DNA from: a virus
IMG/VR virus record: IMGVR_UViG_3300001765_000072
Span: 1 to 50,110 of that record
Direction: 5' to 3' (one strand)
DNA: 50,110 nucleotides
Shown: one piece after another, positions 33,399 to 41,162 of the stretch
How positions within the stretch are numbered: the first letter of the stretch is position 1
How the letters are laid out: the number at the start of each line of letters is the position of its first letter
Notes under the pieces: model-generated
The model's database searches: none
What the model saw: only the letters and a program-made list of their open reading frames with translations
What the model was told of the DNA's origin: nothing
Made by a program: the position numbers and the translations under genes

Positions 33399-33427
33399 GG
33401 AAAACTGAAACGATTAACGAAACGAAG

Positions 33428-33835
33428 CTAGGCTAGGCCGCTTTTTTGGAAAACTGTAAGTACAGCCTTCGCCTTAACTGAAATTAGCTTTAACTGGATT
33501 GTTATGGTTTTAAGTTCGGCTTCTGTCACTTTATTGTCTTCCAGGGTCGCCGGTACCATATCAATTAAGATTTTAATTTCGAAAAACAACGCCTGAAGGT
33601 TTCCAATAGCGCCGCCTATTTGGCCCGCGCCGCTTTCCAGCGCCTTCTTCGCGTTGTTATATTTCACTCCAAAAACTATGGAAGCTACCAGCAGAAGGCC
33701 ACTAACTACCATAGCAGCGGTACCCTGCCAGCCGCCGCCGGGGTCTACAGTTGTCGCTGTACTGTCTACCTGGGCCATAACCGGTACGGCCACAAACAGG
33801 GCCAGGGTTAAAAGGGCAAAAATTAGTTTTTTCAT
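33428..33835 (-). CDS. Secreted/membrane protein (signal peptide plus one TM)
   Basis: The ATG at 33835 gives MKKLIFALLTLALFVAVPVMAQ. The track start at 33859 is a TTG. Confidence 0.55.
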   Translation of the reverse strand: MKKLIFALLTLALFVAVPVMAQVDSTATTVDPGGGWQGTAAMVVSGLLLVASIVFGVKYNNAKKALESGAGQIGGAIGNLQALFFEIKILIDMVPATLEDNKVTEAELKTITIQLKLISVKAKAVLTVFQKSGLA

Positions 33836-34086
33836 TGTACTATAAATTTTATTAAACAAATAACCAGCAAACCGCCGGCTGAATAGGTTACAATAGTACG
33901 ACGCCTTAATTGTTTTTGCAATGCTTCAGCCTGTCGATTAGCAACAGTTACGGCCAGGGCCTGTTTACTGTAGGCTGTCTGCCAGTACTTCGCCGCGCTA
34001 TCCTGGGCCGCCGCCTGGCCCTGGTACTGCTGGCTTAGTTTATACAGGGTCGCGTTTTTTTGCGTCAGGCGCCAAGGCGCCAGTTT
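33832..34086 (-). other. 84-codon open frame without an ATG/GTG/TTG start, encoding a coiled segment plus C-terminal TM
   Basis: KLAPWRLTQKNATLYKLSQQYQGQAAAQDSAAKYWQTAYSKQALAVTVANRQAEALQKQLRRRTIVTYSAGGLLVICLIKFIVQ. Its TGA overlaps the next ATG (ATGA). It sits in the -1 frame relative to 34065-34253. Confidence 0.35.
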
Positions 34087-34253
34087 TCAGCGCTTAAAAA
34101 ACCGCGTTCCGCTAGCAGTTCATTAGCCCGGCGCAGGTTTTCTACCGGTATGGTATAAAGGGTATCCTTACCTATTACTACGCGTGAATTCTGAGAAAAC
34201 AGCATAGGTACTATCAGCGCTAAGAAGCTTAATACGGTTACTAGCCTTTTCAT
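34065..34253 (-). CDS. Small secreted protein (signal peptide, no lipobox Cys)
   Basis: The ATG at 34253 gives MKRLVTVLSFLALIVPMLFSQNS. It overlaps the 3' end of 34168-34554 in another frame. Confidence 0.45.
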   Translation of the reverse strand: MKRLVTVLSFLALIVPMLFSQNSRVVIGKDTLYTIPVENLRRANELLAERGFLSAENWRLGA

Positions 34254-34554
34254 ATTTTTTCCTTTCGTTATATATCTCAATATCCTGAAGGGTTAACTGG
34301 TACTTCAGTTCCAGGGCTACCTTACCCATTTCGTCAGCCTGGCGCTTGTAGTGCGCGGCGCTGTCTGCCATTGCTTTAGTATTAGCGTTAAGACTATCGG
34401 CCTGTACCTGGTAGTCTACCGCGGCTGTTTTTACCTGTTTGGATTGAACGTAAATATATACGCCCATACCTATAACCAATAACAGAAGGAAGGCGTTAAC
34501 GTATACGCCCAGCTTTTCCGTAAAGGTCTTCGACTCTTTTAATTGTATTTGCAT
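34168..34554 (-). CDS. N-terminal-TM coiled-coil protein (i-spanin-like architecture)
   Basis: One TM (VNAFLLLLVIGMGVYIYV) followed by a helical region; lies downstream of the endolysin. Confidence 0.45.
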   Translation of the reverse strand: MQIQLKESKTFTEKLGVYVNAFLLLLVIGMGVYIYVQSKQVKTAAVDYQVQADSLNANTKAMADSAAHYKRQADEMGKVALELKYQLTLQDIEIYNERKKYEKASNRIKLLSADSTYAVFSEFTRSNR

Positions 34555-35113
34555 ATGCTTTAACCATTTGTTGTTTTCCGCTGGCGCTTAACATTAGCCG
34601 GCAGTCCTTCGGGTTATCCATAAAAAAATTCTCCAACAGCAGGGCCGGGCATTTCGTTTTCGGCAGTATAGAAAAGGCGTCGCTTTCTTTATCCGCGTCG
34701 CCGTCGAAAAAATCGGTACGCATTTTTTCACCTGGAAACGCTAGGCTGAATTCCGTAAAGAAAAAAGGTACTAGTTTATCGCTGGCCGTTTCGCCCTTCG
34801 AAGTCCAAATTTCCCAGCCAGTACCGCCGCCGGCGTTACCGTGGAAGCTTAACAATATACAGGGTTCCGCTTTGGCTAGCCGGTTAACGCGTATAATCCT
34901 TTCGGTTATACTTATGTCTTCCTGTTCCGGTACCAGTATGGTATATTTAACGCCCATGGTTTTAAGTTCCAGGCCCAAAAGGTAAACTACCTGCCTGTTA
35001 AAAACGCCTTCAAATAACTGCGGTAAATCAGGCCATACAGGCGAACGCTTACCAGGTGTTACGTATACCCCATTAACTAGGCCGCCGTGGCCGTTGTCTA
35101 GTATCCAGTTCAT
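34496..35113 (-). CDS. N-acetylmuramoyl-L-alanine amidase (Amidase_3) endolysin
   Basis: LDNGHGG...GKRSP, ERIIRVN and LLSFHGNAGGGTGWEIW match Amidase_3 Zn-ligand regions. Confidence 0.8.
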   Translation of the reverse strand: MNWILDNGHGGLVNGVYVTPGKRSPVWPDLPQLFEGVFNRQVVYLLGLELKTMGVKYTILVPEQEDISITERIIRVNRLAKAEPCILLSFHGNAGGGTGWEIWTSKGETASDKLVPFFFTEFSLAFPGEKMRTDFFDGDADKESDAFSILPKTKCPALLLENFFMDNPKDCRLMLSASGKQQMVKAYANTIKRVEDLYGKAGRIR

Positions 35114-35433
35114 TTTTTCAATGGATTAAAAAGGTTAATACTCTTACTTATATTTTTTCCCAGGCTACCGCAGCCCAGGCCAATAAACAGGCCCAGTATA
35201 TCAGGCGGGGCTGGCTTAGTGAAAATATTATAACCGCGTACGCTTATGTACGCGGCCAGGGTAATTAATAACCAGGCTAAAACCCAGCCCAGGGCCTGGC
35301 GCTTTATAAACTCTACCAGGGTAAACCCTTTAACTTTCTTAGCCAGTACTATTTTAGTTACCAGGTGTATCAGGAAACCATAAGCGCAAAAGGGTAACAT
35401 TCCAAAAAACAGCGCCCAGTTTATCGCTTCCAT
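35110..35433 (-). CDS. Holin candidate (3 TM)
   Basis: 107 aa with three hydrophobic helices and a basic C-terminus, immediately upstream of the endolysin. Confidence 0.5.
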   Translation of the reverse strand: MEAINWALFFGMLPFCAYGFLIHLVTKIVLAKKVKGFTLVEFIKRQALGWVLAWLLITLAAYISVRGYNIFTKPAPPDILGLFIGLGCGSLGKNISKSINLFNPLKK

Positions 35434-35436
35434 ATG

Positions 35437-35844
35437 CTAAAATTTAAAGATTATTTTAACTAAAACACTCACTAGAATAGCTACGACGCCGGCAGCTATA
35501 GAATAAAAAAGGGCCCTGTTACTCATAGCGTTCTTTAGTTTTTCTTCCAGGGTCGCCAGCGCGGTACTGTTTTCGCCGCCGTGTTTAACGCTAGATAATT
35601 GGCAGTTACCAAACTCTTTTTTTAAGTCAGATAGGCTTTTATTATAGCTTTCTAGCGCACTTTTTAACTGCGAAAGTTCAGATACCAGGGTTTGTACCGT
35701 TGCTGTCATTTTTTGGATTTCTTCTATTTGTCCGCGCATTCTCTCTACTTCGTCCTGTAACATTTCTAAGCCTTGCAATACAGCTCTACCGTACTCATTC
35801 CATTCGAATACTACCGGTTGCGTGTTTAGTGTTTTCTTCGCCAT
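35437..35844 (-). CDS. Coiled-coil protein with C-terminal TM anchor
   Basis: 135 aa, ending ...LFYSIAAGVVAILVSVLVKIIFKF. Confidence 0.5.
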   Translation of the reverse strand: MAKKTLNTQPVVFEWNEYGRAVLQGLEMLQDEVERMRGQIEEIQKMTATVQTLVSELSQLKSALESYNKSLSDLKKEFGNCQLSSVKHGGENSTALATLEEKLKNAMSNRALFYSIAAGVVAILVSVLVKIIFKF

Positions 35845-36244
35845 TTGCTAAAGGTAAATTTGGGGAAAAAGGCATAGTTACTACTATAGTTACAGTTTTA
35901 CTATCTGCCGTAATTACGTGCCTTATCCAGGGTTTTAACTCATATACGCCGTGTTGTTCCAGGGTAACTACTTTTTTACTTCGTTGTTCCCAGGTGTAAA
36001 TAGTTAGGCTTCCGGTTAAAACGTGGTAAGTTTCTACCTGTTCGTGCGATTCTTTAGGTGTTCTGGTTCCTGGCTGGAAAGTTACTTTAGCTACGCTTCC
36101 GTTTATATCGCTATAAACGCCTACCGCTTCAGCGTACCCTGTTTCGCAAGCTAATGATTTTCTACGTGTTTCGTTAAAATACCAGGGGTTATTAGGCGGC
36201 ATTACTTCAGTATATCGTTTAACTTTTTTAATGTAGTCTTCCAT
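35795..36244 (-). CDS. Cupin-like small beta-barrel protein
   Basis: ESHEQVETYHVLTGSLTIY...GVYELKPWIRHVI resembles cupin motifs. Confidence 0.4.
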   Translation of the reverse strand: MEDYIKKVKRYTEVMPPNNPWYFNETRRKSLACETGYAEAVGVYSDINGSVAKVTFQPGTRTPKESHEQVETYHVLTGSLTIYTWEQRSKKVVTLEQHGVYELKPWIRHVITADSKTVTIVVTMPFSPNLPLANGEENTKHATGSIRME

Positions 36245-36291
36245 AGGTTTATGTTTTTTATGCTAAAAGGTTCCCTGCAAGTTGTCAAACA

Positions 36292-37563
36292 TTAAGCCAG
36301 GCCATTAATGTTAAGTATACTACTAACAGCTAGCCCTTTAATATTACTAATACTAGATAAAGCTAAACCGTTCCTATTTGAAACAGAAGCTGGGCCCGAA
36401 GGGGTGTAGGTGCAATACAAACTTAACCTTAAGGTGTCGTATCCTTCCGGCACCAAAGGGTTAGGCCAGGTAGGGTATGTTATCCCTGATTGATCCCAGG
36501 TATCAGATCCACTAACGCCGCCGGTATCCATTTTAATTTCGTATAAATTACCGTTATCTATAAGCGCTACGTAATAATTAGTAGCTGTTATGGTAGGCCC
36601 TGAAGTTATAGTAAAATCTTTCCAGCTATAGGTAGTACTGGAAGTACTAATAGCGCCCGACTGCGGGGAAAGTGGGGCTAGCGTGGAAAGTAAATAAATT
36701 GCTGCTCTTACTTCTACCGTCATACCGTAAGCGCTTCTATAATGGGCGCTAATACTATTAACTACACCGCCGGCCGCGGCAGTTCCCTTTTGTGCGAATA
36801 TACCAGGGCCGCCGAATATTGTACTACTAGCCCCTATACTACTATACCCCAAAGTTAACCCGGCCGCGTGTTTTACCGGGTAAACGGCCTTTTTTAAAAA
36901 GCTTTCCGGTATGGTAACCGTTAAAAGCCCTTTTACTTCATCAATATTTAAAACGCCATAAACCCATGCCCCGGTAGCGTCTTCAATCCTGGGCCGGTAA
37001 ATATGGAAAGCCTTACCATTTTTATACAACTTACCGCCCGCTATGTTTTCGGGGCAATCTTTATAATAAACAGCGTAACTACCTACTACGCCTTCGGGCC
37101 TGTTATGGCCCTTTAAAACATCTGATTTACTTAATGGCCCCTGGTATAGAAATTCCAGCCCTTTAGTTTGTAAGGTAAAGGCCACTACATTACTGGCCGG
37201 GGCTTCGTTTAATATTACTTCGAATTCGTAACCGCCTTCGGGTAAAATTTCGCTGGCTGGAAGTTCGTAAAATCTTATTTCCCTTTTATCTGTTTTCCAG
37301 GTAATGGCATCGTTTAAGGTTCCTACTATTGGTACCCCTAAATTTTCATCTATTAGCCTGGCTGAAAAATTTACTTCGTTATCCCACCGTTGCAGCTTAA
37401 CCTGCGGGTAAAAATCTGCCTGTTTAGCGTCGCCTACTTCTACGGTAAGTAAATTCCTGGCGTCGCTTAATACCGTTTTAGAAAAGGTGTTTTCTACTAT
37501 TTGGTAATTTTCTTTTACCTGCTGGCCTATCCTGGTCAGGTCTATAGCTGTATTTAATCCCAT
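36292..37563 (-). CDS. Distal tail fibre / receptor-binding protein candidate
   Basis: 423 aa, last gene of the fibre string, AT-richer than its flanks. C-terminal short repeats NGLALSSISNIKGLAVSSILNINGLA. Confidence 0.5.
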   Translation of the reverse strand: MGLNTAIDLTRIGQQVKENYQIVENTFSKTVLSDARNLLTVEVGDAKQADFYPQVKLQRWDNEVNFSARLIDENLGVPIVGTLNDAITWKTDKREIRFYELPASEILPEGGYEFEVILNEAPASNVVAFTLQTKGLEFLYQGPLSKSDVLKGHNRPEGVVGSYAVYYKDCPENIAGGKLYKNGKAFHIYRPRIEDATGAWVYGVLNIDEVKGLLTVTIPESFLKKAVYPVKHAAGLTLGYSSIGASSTIFGGPGIFAQKGTAAAGGVVNSISAHYRSAYGMTVEVRAAIYLLSTLAPLSPQSGAISTSSTTYSWKDFTITSGPTITATNYYVALIDNGNLYEIKMDTGGVSGSDTWDQSGITYPTWPNPLVPEGYDTLRLSLYCTYTPSGPASVSNRNGLALSSISNIKGLAVSSILNINGLA

Positions 37564-37567
37564 ATTT

Positions 37568-38365
37568 TTAAGTATGCGCCATCCAGTCAGGCGAAGGGTT
37601 AAAATAAATTTCGTCGGCTGTTATTGCCTGGCCCAGTATCCTTATAACCGCGCTGGCTGTTGTCGGCTGTGCTACCACTATTAGCCCGGCAGTTTCAGAA
37701 GCATAATAAGGGGCGCCTATTGTCATAGTCGTAAATTTAGCGTCCGCGCGAATAGTGCCTATTAATAACATTTTCGTAGCGCTACCATTAGCGGCCGCTG
37801 CTAAAACACACATACCCAGCAAACCCCTGGTATCGCCGTCGTTTCCGGCCGCCGCGTTCGGGTTTGTTTTTTCCCACCTGCTATCTGTAGGGTCTAGGTA
37901 ACAAAGGTCGCCGAAGGCCAGGGCCGCCCCAGCTGTTCCGGTTCTACAGATACCGCAGTACTTACCGTCGGCGCTTAGTGCCGAATCTAAATCTATACTG
38001 GTATTTTCTCCAAGCGTTATATTACCGGTTAAAGTACCGCCCGCGAAAGTCATATAAAGGGTATCGAAGTAGCTTTTTAAGGTAGCCTTTAGGTTCGCCC
38101 AGGTAAGTTTTTTCTTCGCGTTACTGGCCGCGCTATCTTCTATTATAGTTACGTCGGCGTCTACCGGCGTGGCCTTATCGGTTAGCCCGGATATTTGCCC
38201 GGTTTTACCTGTCGCCATTATATTACTTCCACTAATCGCCGCGGGTGTCGCGAACTTACCCGCTTCCGTTCCGGTATTAATTTCGGCAGCCGTGGCATTT
38301 GCTACCACTTCGTCGAAGGAAGCGCCGGCGTTTTCCCGGTGTACTTTTATGTCGTTTAAAGCCAT
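37568..38365 (-). CDS. Tail fibre protein
   Basis: KKKLTWANLKATLKSYFDTLY...GGTLTGNITL is typical of phage fibre shafts. Confidence 0.55.
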   Translation of the reverse strand: MALNDIKVHRENAGASFDEVVANATAAEINTGTEAGKFATPAAISGSNIMATGKTGQISGLTDKATPVDADVTIIEDSAASNAKKKLTWANLKATLKSYFDTLYMTFAGGTLTGNITLGENTSIDLDSALSADGKYCGICRTGTAGAALAFGDLCYLDPTDSRWEKTNPNAAAGNDGDTRGLLGMCVLAAAANGSATKMLLIGTIRADAKFTTMTIGAPYYASETAGLIVVAQPTTASAVIRILGQAITADEIYFNPSPDWMAHT

Positions 38366-38381
38366 AAGTCTGAAATGTTAA

Positions 38382-38405
38382 AGGCGCCCCGGTTTCAGGG
38401 CGCCT
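38382..38405 (-). terminator. GC hairpin between fibre genes (weak terminator/attenuator)
   Basis: AGGCGCCC-8 nt-GGGCGCCT with a poor T-run. Confidence 0.3.
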
Positions 38406-38420
38406 GTAATAAAAGAGTTT

Positions 38421-39707
38421 TTAAGTCCAGTTTGTAGCCAGCGGCGTACGGCGCCAGCTGTTGGTAGCGTAGCAATGGTACCAGTAATTACCGTCGCAGG
38501 CAATTTGTCCAGCTACCCCGGTACTATTATAAGCTGCCGGCGCTGCTACTAAAATTACGCTCATAATGTCGGCAGGTGTAAGGGCTACGATATTACCAGT
38601 AGCCTTACGCCCTACTATCGTACTAGCGCCGACGGTCAGGGCTGCCGGTGTATTATCGGTAGTCGCGTAAAGTATGGTATTCGCGTCGTACAGGGCCTTC
38701 GTTACGTAAGTAGCGCTAAGGTCAGGAATATCACCGGCGGCCAGGGCCAGTACTGCTTTAGCTTCCGCTGCACTCATAGCGGATACGCCGCCGGTAGCTT
38801 TACGCCCTACGAAGGTACTGGCGCCTATGGATAACATAGCCGGCGTGTTATCCGTATCCGCGTAAATCATACTATACGCGTCAAATAATGACTTAGGTAC
38901 GTAATTAGTCGCCGTTTCGTAAGCCATAGTACCAGGGGCCCCGGTACCGGCTTTAATCAGTTTACCTGTTATTCCATCGAATAACGCCAGGTATCCGTCG
39001 GTTGCCGAAGCTGGGCCGGTTACTATACCGTCTTTATTAGTCTGTAATACAATCCAATCTGCATCTAAATTGCCGCTTCCGCTTCTGTCTATTATAGCTA
39101 CCAGTAAATCGCTTATTTCGCAAACCTGGCCCTTAATAGTGCCGGCTGTTTTTACGCTATAAGCCCAGCCTGCTTGATAGGTAGCCAGCGCGTTAAAAGC
39201 TGCAATTTCATACGTACCGCTGGTTCCTACGGTACCCTTAAATACCATAGCGTCGTTAGCAGACAGCAAACCGTCTACGTAGGTCTTATTCGTTAGGTCA
39301 GTTCCAGCAGAAGGCGCAGTACTCACAGATACTTTGTTAAACGTGGCATCTTTAGCCTGAATATCGGCATAGGTAGCGCCGCCGTTAACTTTTACGCCTA
39401 GCTTGCTGGCGCTTTCTGCCGTTAGTTCTATGTCGTAGCCGTCGGTATCAATACCAAAAACTGTAGACGTAGTACCCATGTCGGTACCCTGGGTATGGCC
39501 GGCGCTTATAGCCTGCCATTTTAAACCTGTCGCGCTAGCCGCGTCAGCTACTAACATATAGCCGTCAGTTCCCACGGCCAAAATCGTAGGTACGCTGCTA
39601 GCGTCAGCAGATAGTAACGCCCCTTTTGCCAGGTTTACCTTCCTTTCGGTAAACTCTACACCTGAAGGCGCTACGTTTTGGGAAATGTGAAGATCATACT
39701 GTGCCAT
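38421..39707 (-). CDS. Tail fibre protein with two internal ~55-aa repeats
   Basis: GTDGYMLVADAASATGLKW motif. Duplicated Y(V)xKxLxDAxxxxYAxTDNTPAxLxxGASTxVGRKATG. Confidence 0.55.
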   Translation of the reverse strand: MAQYDLHISQNVAPSGVEFTERKVNLAKGALLSADASSVPTILAVGTDGYMLVADAASATGLKWQAISAGHTQGTDMGTTSTVFGIDTDGYDIELTAESASKLGVKVNGGATYADIQAKDATFNKVSVSTAPSAGTDLTNKTYVDGLLSANDAMVFKGTVGTSGTYEIAAFNALATYQAGWAYSVKTAGTIKGQVCEISDLLVAIIDRSGSGNLDADWIVLQTNKDGIVTGPASATDGYLALFDGITGKLIKAGTGAPGTMAYETATNYVPKSLFDAYSMIYADTDNTPAMLSIGASTFVGRKATGGVSAMSAAEAKAVLALAAGDIPDLSATYVTKALYDANTILYATTDNTPAALTVGASTIVGRKATGNIVALTPADIMSVILVAAPAAYNSTGVAGQIACDGNYWYHCYATNSWRRTPLATNWT

Positions 39708-39719
39708 TTTTTTAAAATA

Positions 39720-40100
39720 TTAATTTGTGTTTTGTTCTACTGCCGGCTTTTCGGGTTTATCTACCGGTTGGCCGTCGGTTTCTTTTACCAGGTCGCTATC
39801 TGTAAAATATAGCCTAAAAGGTACTTTTACGTTTTGTTTACTGTTTCCCATAAGGGTAACAATTTCGCCCAGGTCTTCAGGTGTAAAGATTATACCACAG
39901 AAGAAACCGTTAACTTCAGCTTCGCGCTCTATGTTTTTAGCTACCGTTTCTACCAGGGCCAGGTCTTCCGCTTCGGCTTCCTGGGCTAGTCTTTGGGTTT
40001 CCTGAAATTTCGCCAGGGCTTTAACAACTTCTAGTTGTAAAATTTTCGCTTTTTTCATTTTCGTTAAAATTAGGTTGTAAACATTAAAATCTTTCGCCAT
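39720..40100 (-). CDS. Hypothetical protein (start uncertain: 40100 or 40058)
   Basis: The track ORF starts at 40169 but overlaps the upstream ORF by 100 nt; the internal ATGs are more plausible. Confidence 0.4.
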   Translation of the reverse strand: MAKDFNVYNLILTKMKKAKILQLEVVKALAKFQETQRLAQEAEAEDLALVETVAKNIEREAEVNGFFCGIIFTPEDLGEIVTLMGNSKQNVKVPFRLYFTDSDLVKETDGQPVDKPEKPAVEQNTN

Positions 40101-40345
40101 TGCGCGTAACCGGCAGCGCCAGCTACTACACATAAATACATATAGTCGTCTTCTACGCTCATTTCCCATAACTTACCGGCGTGGGTATCGCTTCGCCTTA
40201 CCCCTGTACCGAAGTTCCCGGCTAACCAGGCTAAAAATACCGGTTCCAGGCTTTCTATTACCTGTACCTGTATGGCCCCTACAGCGGTTATTTTTAGCCG
40301 CTTTGGCAGTATTGCCGTTATTTTTAATTTAATAGGGTCAGGCAT
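40070..40345 (-). CDS. Hypothetical protein
   Basis: 91-aa ORF. Confidence 0.4.
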   Translation of the reverse strand: MPDPIKLKITAILPKRLKITAVGAIQVQVIESLEPVFLAWLAGNFGTGVRRSDTHAGKLWEMSVEDDYMYLCVVAGAAGYAQWRKILMFTT

Positions 40346-40347
40346 CC

Positions 40348-40728
40348 TTACAATTTTTTAGCGTTTTCCTTCAGCAGAATAAACTTACCGCGGCCTACCG
40401 TTACGTCTATGGCATCAGGGCCGCCGTCTACAGATAGTTCCCAGGTGTAATGTTCGCCAAAATAGCCCCTGGTATCCATCTTTTCAAAGTTCATTGTTAC
40501 GTTATTCCCTACTATGTCGATTTCACCGGTTACCAGGCTATTTTTTGTAAGTACCAGGTTTTCGTCTTCTTCTTCGTTTTTGTCGTCGTCGCGTACCTGG
40601 AAGAAGGCATTTAAACCAGTCATACTTATTTGTTCGTCTACTTCCAGGGTTATACTACCAGTATCGCCTTCCTGGAAAGGTAAATCCAGTTCGTCGGCCT
40701 TTTCGATTATGTACGCCTGCTTCGCCAT
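40348..40728 (-). CDS. Hypothetical acidic protein (baseplate region)
   Basis: 126-aa ORF. Confidence 0.5.
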   Translation of the reverse strand: MAKQAYIIEKADELDLPFQEGDTGSITLEVDEQISMTGLNAFFQVRDDDKNEEEDENLVLTKNSLVTGEIDIVGNNVTMNFEKMDTRGYFGEHYTWELSVDGGPDAIDVTVGRGKFILLKENAKKL

Positions 40729-40735
40729 TGTATTT

Positions 40736-41089
40736 TTATTTACGTGTTAACTGCTTCGCTTCCTGTCCGGCCGCTTCGCCGTTTATTAACTTGCAAAATT
40801 GAACGCTGGCAAATGGTAATAAACTAGGCTCTATAGCGTCCTGTATTAGCTTTAGTTCGTCTACGGTTAGGGCAACTTCGCCGGCCGTTTGACTGCCTTT
40901 AATTTTGTCAGCTATGGCTACCATTTCAGCCTTTTTTTCCTTACTGGCGCCCTGTAGGTCGGCTGTATACAAACCTGGTATAATCAGGTTAAAAAGGGTT
41001 AAAGGGGCTTGCTGTTCGCCATTACTGGCCGGCTTGATAGTCGGCCTGCCGTTCCAGTCTAAAATCTGCGCGTTTAAGTTTAATTTCAT
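40736..41089 (-). CDS. Hypothetical protein (baseplate region)
   Basis: 117-aa ORF. Confidence 0.5.
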   Translation of the reverse strand: MKLNLNAQILDWNGRPTIKPASNGEQQAPLTLFNLIIPGLYTADLQGASKEKKAEMVAIADKIKGSQTAGEVALTVDELKLIQDAIEPSLLPFASVQFCKLINGEAAGQEAKQLTRK

Positions 41090-41114
41090 TTCGTTTTTTT
41101 TGTTGGTTACGCTT

Positions 41115-41122
41115 CAAAAGTA
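41115..41122 (-). promoter_or_regulatory. Candidate -7 promoter box TACTTTTG
   Basis: The same octamer as at 5961-5968 and 15355-15362, in the gap after the 1565-aa gene. Confidence 0.3.
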
Positions 41123-41162
41123 GCCAGCTTATCTTAATGTTTAAAATGTACTTAACAACAGT

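Noticed and set aside
32903-33427. attP site / temperate lifestyle
   Set aside because: I could recognise no tyrosine or serine recombinase, excisionase or CI-like repressor among the ORFs. The attP reading of the tRNA-like fragment stays speculative.
34095-34101. Perfect U UUU UUA -1 slippery heptamer in the 62-aa lysis-cassette ORF
   Set aside because: After a -1 shift the frame reads TTT TTT AAG CGC TGA and stops at once. It therefore cannot link this ORF to the start-less downstream frame.
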